Shown piece by piece: positions 53,975-61,933 of a stretch of DNA of 64,000 bases. The notes below the pieces were generated by a model that saw only the letters and a list, made by a program, of their open reading frames with translations, was not told the origin of the DNA and did no database searches. How positions within the stretch are numbered: the stretch's first letter is position 1; each line of letters opens with the position of its first letter. This DNA is from Candidatus Buchananbacteria bacterium (GTDB lineage Bacteria > Patescibacteriota > Patescibacteriia > Buchananbacterales > UBA6539): assembly GCA_013359225.1 (NCBI GenBank), contig JABWCG010000001.1:134410-198409 (forward strand). The letters run 5' to 3'. The translations under genes were made by a program, and so were the position numbers.

Positions 53975-56302
53975 TTAGTTAAGATGGTCGGCGCCAAAGC
54001 CAATAATAGAGGTGCCGTTCAGGACGTAGATTTGTTTTGTTTTTTCCAGGACTACAAAATCTTTTAGATCGTTAAACTGTTCGGAATAATACTGGTTGAT
54101 TAGGTTGCCTTCCTTATCGAGTACCACAAGTCGTTTAGTGGCCGGATCAAGAACGTATAAGTATTTTGTCGCTTCAGAGGTTCGGATTTTTGTCGGCGAC
54201 TGTAAGGGGGGATCAATTGTTTTAATTTTGAATTCAACCGCTTGGCCGTTTTCAAATTTTAGAATTTCGCCTGTTTTTTTGATAACATAGATTGCTCCAT
54301 CAATGGTGAGCGAAGCCGCACCAGACAGATCAACTTCTTGCCGTAGCCAATTTTGAACACCGCCAAAGCTGTTGCCGGTTTTAGTGTAGCGGTAAATTTG
54401 GTTTGTCGCTTCATCAAGGAGATAAATTCGGGAATTAAATGAAGTGACGTCAACAATATTGCTGCCGTTATTGATGTTAATGGTCAGGGAGCTGAGTGAA
54501 TCGTTATTTGGATTGAGTTGGAAAGCGGTTAATGAATCATTAAAGAATATTAGTTCGTTTTCGCTCAAGGCGGTGGTCATCACAAAATTTCCGGCGTCAG
54601 CGGTTGGAGAAACAATTGCTGACATCACCCGAGTGTCCAGGTTTGCTTTATAAAGCGCTTTATTGTTGGTGTTTTGAGTGTATATAATGTTTTTACTGAT
54701 GTTTGCTACCGGAGCAATATTGGCCTGGCTATCCAGGTTTTGGAAGTTTACAATCTGAATTGGATCTTTTATCTCAATGAAGTGGCGTAATTTTTGAAGC
54801 TCCTCCTCAATTTGGGCGACAAGCTGTGTGGACTTTTCCTGCTGAGTCTTGGTTATTGGCGTACCGTTTGTGAGCATCGTTTTAGCATTAAGTAGCAGGT
54901 CCCGGGCCTGCGCTTCATCGCGATAGATTAAGCTCGCCTGAGCTTCATTTTTTTTGCTCTCAGCATCAAATATCAACTGGTTAAAAACCTCAATTTTTTG
55001 TTCGCGGTTATTTTTAATTGACAGCCAGATAACGCTTTGAGAAAAAAGTATTGCAAAAAGTACAGCAATAACCAATAAAATTTTACTGGAAGCCGGCAGG
55101 GTTTTAAATTTTTTAAGCAGTTGGCCGCCAAGCAAACGAAATGGATTAGAAATTTTTTGCCAAATTGACTGATGAATAACTATCCGGTAAAGGCTTTTTG
55201 TGACCTGTAGCGCTGGGGCGGCAACTTTGGCGACGGGCTCAACAACTTTTTTAGCTAGTGCAGTTTTATTTGGCTGGTGTTTAAATTTAAAGCCAAAATT
55301 TGGGCGGGGGATGTTAATTTTTGGTGTTGACAACGATCCTGGTTTAAGAACGACTTTATTCTTCTGATAGAAGGTGTTGGTTGAGCTTTTTGCCTTTTCA
55401 AGGTAGTTAGAAAAGGCAGTTTTAAATGACCCGGCGTACTTTTTGATTTCCGGAAACAGTGAGGGGGTAAGCAGCTTTTCAGTTTCCTGCTCAGTGCGCA
55501 CTAATTCTTTAATTGAATCCTGAGACGCCGCCTCGCGGTAATTGAATTGTTCAATACTAACAGTCTTTTTGGCGGGAACTGTTACCCGGTCTAGATCAAT
55601 TGTGACACAACCAAAACTTTCATGGCCGTTAAGCCGTTCTAAAAGATCTTTTAACTCTTTTAGTCCGTCTTGCGGTACGGTTGCGGTCAGTAAATTTTTG
55701 ACCCGGTCTAGAGAAAAATAATCAAGGACGTTTGAGCTGGCGAGCAGCAATACATCGCGCGGACGAATGCGGCCGGTGACAACCTGGGAAAAAAATTTAA
55801 AAGGCTCTGCGGTGGTGATGGGGTATTGCGAAGCCTCTAGTATATTAATAATCCGGTAATTACCGCTGGTTAAGTTATAAAGCAAAATGGCCGAGATATC
55901 GCCTACGGCAGTGAAATGAAGCTCTTGGTTGTGAATCAGGGCGATAACGATGTTGATTTTATTTAGATCAACGGTAATTTGTTTGGTTTCCAGGAATGAA
56001 GCGACGGTAAGGTTGGTTTTTTTGAGTGCATCTTCAAATAAATCTGAAATTGAAAAAGTTCCCGGTTCGCGGAAACGATTGCTCGTCGGTCGGTAATAAT
56101 TGTTTTTAATCTCCTCAATGATTAAATCAATCAGTTCGGGAATCTTTTCATCAGTGTTTTTGATCTCAATCAGGCCTAATATTTTTCCGTAGCTATTGAG
56201 CAGCTGTTTTGAGGGCTTGGTGGAAAACGTTCGGACAAAGTTTTTTTGTTTACCAGAATACTCAACAACTAACTGGTTGATTTTTGCTTCCAGATAGTCC
56301 AT
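53975..56302 (-). CDS. Membrane protein (775 aa) with an N-terminal cytoplasmic PP2C/SpoIIE-like (possibly degenerate) domain, a single TM and a C-terminal extracytoplasmic beta-propeller-like domain
   Basis: The N-terminal third shows the PPM pattern (HFTAVGDISAILLYN, VLLLASSNVLD) but lacks a clear DGHGG metal motif. The TM is near LLVIAVLFAILF. The C-terminus has repeats such as IYLLDEATNQIYRY, YLYVLDPATKRLVVLD and IYVLNGTSIIGF. Confidence 0.45.
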   Translation of the reverse strand: MDYLEAKINQLVVEYSGKQKNFVRTFSTKPSKQLLNSYGKILGLIEIKNTDEKIPELIDLIIEEIKNNYYRPTSNRFREPGTFSISDLFEDALKKTNLTVASFLETKQITVDLNKINIVIALIHNQELHFTAVGDISAILLYNLTSGNYRIINILEASQYPITTAEPFKFFSQVVTGRIRPRDVLLLASSNVLDYFSLDRVKNLLTATVPQDGLKELKDLLERLNGHESFGCVTIDLDRVTVPAKKTVSIEQFNYREAASQDSIKELVRTEQETEKLLTPSLFPEIKKYAGSFKTAFSNYLEKAKSSTNTFYQKNKVVLKPGSLSTPKINIPRPNFGFKFKHQPNKTALAKKVVEPVAKVAAPALQVTKSLYRIVIHQSIWQKISNPFRLLGGQLLKKFKTLPASSKILLVIAVLFAILFSQSVIWLSIKNNREQKIEVFNQLIFDAESKKNEAQASLIYRDEAQARDLLLNAKTMLTNGTPITKTQQEKSTQLVAQIEEELQKLRHFIEIKDPIQIVNFQNLDSQANIAPVANISKNIIYTQNTNNKALYKANLDTRVMSAIVSPTADAGNFVMTTALSENELIFFNDSLTAFQLNPNNDSLSSLTININNGSNIVDVTSFNSRIYLLDEATNQIYRYTKTGNSFGGVQNWLRQEVDLSGAASLTIDGAIYVIKKTGEILKFENGQAVEFKIKTIDPPLQSPTKIRTSEATKYLYVLDPATKRLVVLDKEGNLINQYYSEQFNDLKDFVVLEKTKQIYVLNGTSIIGFGADHLN

Positions 56303-56379
56303 TATTTGGTTGAATTTGTCAGTAATTAACTATTATATTATACTATAAATAAGCTTTTTAGGTAAATGGTCATTTTTCT

Positions 56380-57024
56380 ATGCTTGAACAATTATTTGGT
56401 TCAAAAACAAGGGTCAAACTTTTAAGACTTTTTTTGAATAATCCAAGTCAGCCGTATTATTTGCGGGAATTGGCGAGAAACCTTAAGACTCAGCTGAATT
56501 CGGTCCGGCGGGAGGTCACCAATCTTGAAAAGATTGGAATCATCCAGTCGGTCACGCTGGCTGATGAATCTGCCGGTGCGGCCGAAGTAGCGGACAAAAA
56601 AGGCAAAAAAAAGAAGGATCGTGGCGGCACTAAAAAATATTTTTTGGCCGATACGGAGTTTATTTTATATCCGGAGCTTAAGGCGCTTCTGCTAAAAGCT
56701 CAACTGTTATTGGAGCGTAATTTCGTTTCAAAAATTGAACGGATGGCTAACCTGAGGCTTTTTATTTTGAGCGGTGTTTTTGTTGGTATTGAAGGATTTG
56801 CCACTGATATGTTGTTAGTTGGATCAATGAATCGTAAGCGCTTGGCGACTATCGTTAAAGATTTCGAGAAAGAGCTTAATCGTAATATCAATTATACCGT
56901 GATGAGCATGCAGGAATTTAAATATCGTAAAGATATTACAGACAGATTTTTATATGACATTTTAGAGGGAAGAAAGATTGTTATCCTTGATAAACTTTCG
57001 GACGATGACGACCAAAAAGATTAG
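56380..57024 (+). CDS. Winged-helix (ArsR-like) DNA-binding domain protein
   Basis: The N-terminus KTRVKLLRLFLNNPSQPYYLRELARNL...NSVRREVTNLEKIGII fits a wHTH. The C-terminal domain is uncharacterised. Confidence 0.45.
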   Translation: MLEQLFGSKTRVKLLRLFLNNPSQPYYLRELARNLKTQLNSVRREVTNLEKIGIIQSVTLADESAGAAEVADKKGKKKKDRGGTKKYFLADTEFILYPELKALLLKAQLLLERNFVSKIERMANLRLFILSGVFVGIEGFATDMLLVGSMNRKRLATIVKDFEKELNRNINYTVMSMQEFKYRKDITDRFLYDILEGRKIVILDKLSDDDDQKD

Positions 57025-57811
57025 CTTCAAGAATCGGCGGGGACAAAGAATCGTCGGTTTACTCACTATACCCAAGGGCACGCCGCCGTTCCCGGCAGTG
57101 ATAGTGTGCCACGGCTTTAAAGGTTACAAAGAACAATTGCACTTGAAAACTCTGGCGCAAGAAATTTCTCGCCGGGGTTTTGTTGTGTTGCGGTTTGATT
57201 TCACCTCTGGCGTGGGGGAAAGTGATGGTCTGCTCGAAGATATTAAATTTAGCGATGAATTAGAAGATTTACGTTCAGCTATTGATTATCTCTCAAATTC
57301 TGTGCGAATAGTGGATAAGCGAAGAATCGGTCTAGCCGGCCACAGCCTGGGCGGCCAATTGATTTTTCATTATGCCTCAAGCGACAATAGAGTTAAGGCT
57401 TTGGCTGGACTGGCGGGTTCATACATTCGCGGCCGGGGCATGACTGGCCTTGAACGCCAAGCGGCTGAACAGATAGCTGGCAACAAAAAGACCAGTCACT
57501 TTTACACTACCAGCAAGAGAACAGGTAAAAAATTCAAGATAAAAATTGGTTTTTATTATGATTTGTTAAAACACGATACGCTTAAGGCTGCTAGTGAGAT
57601 TACTATTCCGGCGTTATTGTTGCACGGTACTAAAGACAGTACAGTCAGAATTGACAGCTCAAAAAAGGTTTACCGGCTAGTCCGGGGGGAAAAGCGGCTG
57701 GTTTTAGTCCCTGGTGCGCCGCACACCTGGCGCGGCAAGTCAGACCCTGGTCATAAATATCAAAGAATAATTAATCCAATCGTTGCAGATTGGTTTCAAA
57801 AATATGTATGA
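57005..57811 (+). CDS. Alpha/beta hydrolase
   Basis: It has the HGF oxyanion region (VCHGFKG), the nucleophile elbow GHSLGG and a C-terminal His (GAPHTW). The start is ATG 57005. Confidence 0.7.
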   Translation: MTTKKISFKNRRGQRIVGLLTIPKGTPPFPAVIVCHGFKGYKEQLHLKTLAQEISRRGFVVLRFDFTSGVGESDGLLEDIKFSDELEDLRSAIDYLSNSVRIVDKRRIGLAGHSLGGQLIFHYASSDNRVKALAGLAGSYIRGRGMTGLERQAAEQIAGNKKTSHFYTTSKRTGKKFKIKIGFYYDLLKHDTLKAASEITIPALLLHGTKDSTVRIDSSKKVYRLVRGEKRLVLVPGAPHTWRGKSDPGHKYQRIINPIVADWFQKYV

Positions 57812-58212
57812 TAATGATAATTAACACGGCCGATGAAGCGAAAGTATTTGTTGGTTTAGTTAACGATGCTAAATTGGTGTCGGCGAAGCGATTTTTAGCT
57901 CGCCATCGTCAAGCCGAAAAACTACTAGTTGCTATTGATAAAATTTTGAAACAAAATAAAGTAACATTAAGCGATTTAACGGGCGTTGCGGTAGTAACCG
58001 GTCCCGGGCCGTTTACGGCGTTGCGAATCGGCGTTGTTACCGCCAATACGCTTGCTTGGAGCTTGCAGTGCCCGGTGTTGGGGATTAAAAACGATGAATT
58101 TACGAACGACCGGTCATTGGCGAAACTAGTCAGCGAAAAAATGAAGCATCAGCAACGAGGGATTGTCGTGCCTTTTTATAATAAAGAACCTAATATAACT
58201 AAAAAGAAATGA
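57808..58212 (+). CDS. tsaB: tRNA t6A biosynthesis protein TsaB-like (YeaZ), short
   Basis: VVTGPGPFTALRIGV matches the TsaB GPGSFTGLRIG motif. It starts at ATG 57808, overlapping the upstream stop as ATGA. Confidence 0.6.
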   Translation: MIMIINTADEAKVFVGLVNDAKLVSAKRFLARHRQAEKLLVAIDKILKQNKVTLSDLTGVAVVTGPGPFTALRIGVVTANTLAWSLQCPVLGIKNDEFTNDRSLAKLVSEKMKHQQRGIVVPFYNKEPNITKKK

Positions 58213-58943
58213 GATACCTATTTATGGCGCTGTGCCTGCTGTTGCCGGCGGCAGTGTTCGCAGCCGATATCGATACTGACGGCGACGGGTTAACTGATAT
58301 ACAGGAAGATACCGTTTACTATACCGATAAAAACAGTGTGGATACTGACGGCGACGGGTTTAACGACAAAGATGAGTTGACTAATGGATATTCGCCGCAT
58401 ATTGGGTTTAACGAGCGGCTGATTAATGTTGATACTGATAATGACGGGCTAAACGACGGCTATGAATTGGCGCTTAGTTCTGATATTAAAAATGCCGACT
58501 CGGACGGTGATGGTTTTAATGACGGTGATGAATTTAAAAACGAGTATGATCCGACTAAGCCGGAGGCAATTAAGCTGGAAAAACGGATTGATGTTGACTT
58601 GAGTGATCAAAAATTGAATTATTATTTAGGCCCGGTCAGATTAAACGGTTTTACGGTTTCAACCGGCAAAGCCTCAACACCAACACCACTTGGGACTTTT
58701 ACGATTGAAAAAAAACACCCTAAAGCCTGGTCTAGGATGGCGGGGCTTTGGATGCCGTATTGGCTGTCATTTAATGGTGTGTATGCCATTCATGAGCTTC
58801 CTGAGTGGCCCGACGGCAGCAAGGAAGGCGCTAATCATCTTGGGGTTCCGGTTTCTCATGGGTGTGTTCGCTTAGGTATTGGTCCGGCAAAAGAAGTTTA
58901 TGACTGGGCGCCGGTTGGTACGAAACTAACTATCCATTATTAA
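58209..58943 (+). CDS. L,D-transpeptidase (YkuD) with N-terminal thrombospondin type-3-like calcium-binding repeats
   Basis: It has a signal peptide and four DxDxDGxxDxxE repeats (DTDGDGLTD, DTDGDGFND, DTDNDGLND, DSDGDGFND). The C-terminal YkuD domain carries the catalytic HGCVRL. Confidence 0.8.
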   Translation: MRYLFMALCLLLPAAVFAADIDTDGDGLTDIQEDTVYYTDKNSVDTDGDGFNDKDELTNGYSPHIGFNERLINVDTDNDGLNDGYELALSSDIKNADSDGDGFNDGDEFKNEYDPTKPEAIKLEKRIDVDLSDQKLNYYLGPVRLNGFTVSTGKASTPTPLGTFTIEKKHPKAWSRMAGLWMPYWLSFNGVYAIHELPEWPDGSKEGANHLGVPVSHGCVRLGIGPAKEVYDWAPVGTKLTIHY

Positions 58944-59413
58944 TGGAGTACGATTTTGAAGTCACAACAACATTATCTTTTTTGATTAGAAATAATTCTG
59001 AGTTGTTGCTGACATTAAAAAAACGTGGTTTTGGTCAGGGTAAATGGAATACTCCTGGCGGAAAAGTTGAGGCCGGCGAGTCAGCTGAGGCTTCAGCAAT
59101 TCGGGAGATTAAAGAAGAGGTCGGCATTGACGTCATGTCAATTAAGAATTTGGGATTTATTGAGTTTGTCTGGCCGGCAGAAAAAAGCGAGTATAACACC
59201 CGCTGTTTTATTTTTCTGGCAACTGATTTTAGCGGTGAGGCCAAGGAATCCGACGAATGCCGGCCGGGTTGGTTTCGGTTTGACGCGATTCCATACGATC
59301 AGATGTGGGATGATGACAAACACTGGTATCCGGAGGCATTAGCTGGTAAAATGTTTAAAAAGCGTTTTTTCTTTTCGCCTGACGAGCGGGTGGTAACTAT
59401 TGAAGATATTTAG
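58943..59413 (+). CDS. Nudix hydrolase (MutT-like)
   Basis: The Nudix box is GGKVEAGESAEASAIREIKEEVGI. Confidence 0.8.
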   Translation: MEYDFEVTTTLSFLIRNNSELLLTLKKRGFGQGKWNTPGGKVEAGESAEASAIREIKEEVGIDVMSIKNLGFIEFVWPAEKSEYNTRCFIFLATDFSGEAKESDECRPGWFRFDAIPYDQMWDDDKHWYPEALAGKMFKKRFFFSPDERVVTIEDI

Positions 59414-59418
59414 TCTAT

Positions 59419-59799
59419 ATGGACAAAAAAAGGATTCTGGTGGTGGAGGATGACTCGGATTTGCTTAATCTGATGAATTTAAAATTGACTCAAGAAGGCT
59501 TTGAGACTGTTTTAGCCGAAACCGGCAGCCAAGCGCTAGATTTTTTGAAAAATCAGCCATTGCCTGATTTAGTTTTGCTTGATATTTTGTTGCCCGATAT
59601 TGACGGTTTAAGCGTTTTAAATGAGATTGCTAACAGTACTAAGACTAAAACGCTGCCGGTGATTATTTTAAGTAACTTGGCCGATGAAGGTTCATTTGAA
59701 CAGGCGGAAGCCATTGGGCACTATGAGTATTTAGTTAAAGCTAAAACGGATTTAAATACCGTAGTTCAAAAAGTCAGATCAAAGCTTGGTATGAAGTAA
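59419..59799 (+). CDS. Stand-alone response-regulator receiver domain (CheY-like)
   Basis: Has ILVVEDD, LVLLDILLPDIDG, ILSNL and a conserved Lys. It is 126 aa with no output domain. Confidence 0.85.
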   Translation: MDKKRILVVEDDSDLLNLMNLKLTQEGFETVLAETGSQALDFLKNQPLPDLVLLDILLPDIDGLSVLNEIANSTKTKTLPVIILSNLADEGSFEQAEAIGHYEYLVKAKTDLNTVVQKVRSKLGMK

Positions 59800-59821
59800 T
59801 TTTTCAGGAGTAGGAAGTTAT

Positions 59822-59849
59822 ACACCCTTCAAAATAAGGGTGTTTTTTA
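59822..59849 (+). terminator. Rho-independent terminator after the response regulator
   Basis: ACACCCTT-caaaat-AAGGGTGT-TTTTTT. Confidence 0.8.
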
Positions 59850-59936
59850 ATTATCCACAGATTAAGTTAAATATTTGACAAAATAGCTAAAGTTTATTAA
59901 AAAAATGGCTTAAAACAAGATATTTAATAGTGTTGG

Positions 59937-60005
59937 AAAGTGGTTGACAGTAGACTAAAAGTGGATTAAAATTATATCAGAGTGGTAGAAAGTGGATGAA
60001 AGTGG
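59937..60005 (+). promoter_or_regulatory. MraZ-type operator: five phased AAAGTGG/AGAGTGG direct repeats overlapping the mraZ promoter
   Basis: The boxes lie at 59937, 59958, 59979, 59989 and 59999, with spacings of 21, 21, 10 and 10 nt. A TTGACA at 59944-59949 and a TAAAAT 17 nt downstream are interleaved with the boxes. Confidence 0.6.
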
Positions 60006-60080
60006 GGATAACTAAATCAATGTGTGGACAAACGTTTAATTAGAACACAAAAAGAAAAAACGACAAATACAAAGAAAAAA

Positions 60081-60512
60081 ATGTTTATTGGAGAATATCA
60101 ACACAATATCGACCAGAAAGGACGCTTGGCGGTGCCGGCGAAGTTTCGTAAGGCCTTGTCTAAGGGAGCAGTTGTTACCAAGGGTTTGGATGACTGTCTT
60201 TTTTTGTATACCAAAGACGAGTGGAAGAAACTAGCTGATAAATTGGCGGCGTTGCCGATTTCAAAAGCTAATACCCGGGCTTTTGCTCGATTAATGCTGG
60301 CTGGTGCGATGGATGTTGATATTGATGCCCAGGGACGGATGCTGATTCCGGACTATTTACGTCACTACGCAGGGATGAGTAAAAAGGTAGTTGTTACCGG
60401 TTTGTACAACCGGCTTGAAATTTGGGATGAAGAGAAATGGAATATTTACAAGAAGGGCACCGAAACTAAGTCTGGAGATATTGCTGAAGCTTTGGGTGAA
60501 TTAGGGGTGTAA
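60081..60512 (+). CDS. mraZ: Transcriptional regulator MraZ
   Basis: It starts MFIGEYQHNIDQKGRLAVPAKFR and has the duplicated MraZ domain with DxxxR (second copy DAQGRMLIP). The ORF-track start at 60024 is an upstream extension. Confidence 0.9.
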   Translation: MFIGEYQHNIDQKGRLAVPAKFRKALSKGAVVTKGLDDCLFLYTKDEWKKLADKLAALPISKANTRAFARLMLAGAMDVDIDAQGRMLIPDYLRHYAGMSKKVVVTGLYNRLEIWDEEKWNIYKKGTETKSGDIAEALGELGV

Positions 60513-60522
60513 TTTAAAACCT

Positions 60523-61461
60523 ATGCGTGATTTTCACGAGCCGGTATTGAGTGCGGAAGTTATTGGCTACTTGCAACCAAAGCCAGGCGGTCGGTTTATT
60601 GATTGTACCCTGGGCGGCGCCGGTCATACGGAAAATTTATTGCAACGGGTAGTTCCCGGCGGTCAGGTGTTGGGCATAGATCTTGATCCGATTGCGATTG
60701 AGGCGGCAACTAAGGCAACAGCACCGTACAAAAAAAATGTCATTTTTGTCAAAGATAATTTTAAAAACATAAACAAAATCGCCCATGTATGGAAGTTTAC
60801 TAAAATTGATGGTGTCCTACTTGACCTTGGCCTATCCAGTGGTCAACTACAGGATCAGAAACGAGGTTTCAGTTTTTTGGCCGAGGGAACGCTCGACATG
60901 CGGTTTGGAGCACAGTCAGGAATAACCGCGCGCGATATTTTAAACGAGTTTAGTCAAAGTGAATTAATTGACATTTTTAAAAACTACGGTGAAGAGCGAT
61001 TAGCCGGTCCGATCTCCAAGAAAATAATCGAGGTTCGTATGACCAGGCCATTTACTTCACCGTCGCAGCTAGTCGAAATTGTCTCGGAAATCTATCACCA
61101 GTTTTATCGGGGCAAATCCAAGACTAATCCGGCGACTAAAATCTTTCAGGCTTTACGGATTGCTGTTAATGATGAAATGAATAATTTAAAAACGGTGTTG
61201 CCGGCAGCAGTGAGTATTCTTGCTAAGGGTGGACGGCTAGCGGTGATTAGTTATCATTCTTTGGAGGACCGAACGGTTAAAGATTTTTTTCGCACAGAGA
61301 GCCGGGATTGTCTTTGCCCGCCCCAAACTCCAGTTTGTGTCTGCGGTCATAAAAAGAGTCTGCGAGTGATAACCAAAAAGCCTGTCGTGCCGACTAACCA
61401 AGAAATTATAATAAATCCTCGGGCTCGGAGTGCAAAACTTCGGGTGGCCGAAAAAATTTAG
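60523..61461 (+). CDS. rsmH: 16S rRNA (cytosine1402-N4)-methyltransferase
   Basis: HEPVLSAEVI, DCTLGGAGH and LDLGLSS are RsmH signatures. Confidence 0.9.
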   Translation: MRDFHEPVLSAEVIGYLQPKPGGRFIDCTLGGAGHTENLLQRVVPGGQVLGIDLDPIAIEAATKATAPYKKNVIFVKDNFKNINKIAHVWKFTKIDGVLLDLGLSSGQLQDQKRGFSFLAEGTLDMRFGAQSGITARDILNEFSQSELIDIFKNYGEERLAGPISKKIIEVRMTRPFTSPSQLVEIVSEIYHQFYRGKSKTNPATKIFQALRIAVNDEMNNLKTVLPAAVSILAKGGRLAVISYHSLEDRTVKDFFRTESRDCLCPPQTPVCVCGHKKSLRVITKKPVVPTNQEIIINPRARSAKLRVAEKI

Positions 61462-61490
61462 ACCAAAATATTAAAACAAAAACCAAAAAT

Positions 61491-61853
61491 ATGACTAAGT
61501 TTTCTAACCTCGCTAAAAAACAGGGCATGAAAGTTAACTCCAGAAACAATAAAGCAGTAATTCGTCTTGGATTTGTCAATATCAAGATGCTTAACATTGT
61601 TTTAGGGTCGTTAGTGCTGCTGTTGACTGTTGGGTATTTGGTACAAGTTAACGGTTTGGCAGCCAAGGGGTACCAGATTAAAGAACTGGAGCAGCAAGTC
61701 AGTGATTTGCAGGAGGCTAACAGTGATTTAGAGCTTGAAACTTTAAGCCTACAATCGATGGGCCGGATTAAAGAGAAAGTAACCGGTTTGAATATGGTTG
61801 CCGTTGGCCAGCCGGAATATTTAGTCCCAACCCCAGTGGCGGTTGCCCGATAA
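61491..61853 (+). CDS. ftsL: Cell-division protein FtsL-like (single TM plus coiled coil)
   Basis: It sits between rsmH and ftsI. It has a TM followed by a leucine-zipper-like QIKELEQQVSDLQEANSDLELE. Confidence 0.55.
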   Translation: MTKFSNLAKKQGMKVNSRNNKAVIRLGFVNIKMLNIVLGSLVLLLTVGYLVQVNGLAAKGYQIKELEQQVSDLQEANSDLELETLSLQSMGRIKEKVTGLNMVAVGQPEYLVPTPVAVAR

Positions 61854-61890
61854 TTTTGACTTCCTAATAGCGTTTTTCTAAAATAATAAT

Positions 61891-61920
61891 AAACCCCGTT
61901 GGTTTTCGCGGGGTTTATTT
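61891..61920 (+). terminator. Stem-loop between ftsL and ftsI, a possible attenuator or terminator
   Basis: AAACCCCG-ttggttttcg-CGGGGTTT followed by ATTT. Confidence 0.45.
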
Positions 61921-61933
61921 AAAAAATTAGCGC

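Noticed and set aside
59937-60005. The short direct repeats upstream of mraZ as a possible CRISPR array or mobile-element terminal repeats
   Set aside because: The units are 7 nt with 3-14 nt gaps, not 25-40 nt repeats separated by unique spacers. There are no cas genes. The position and helical phasing fit an MraZ operator.
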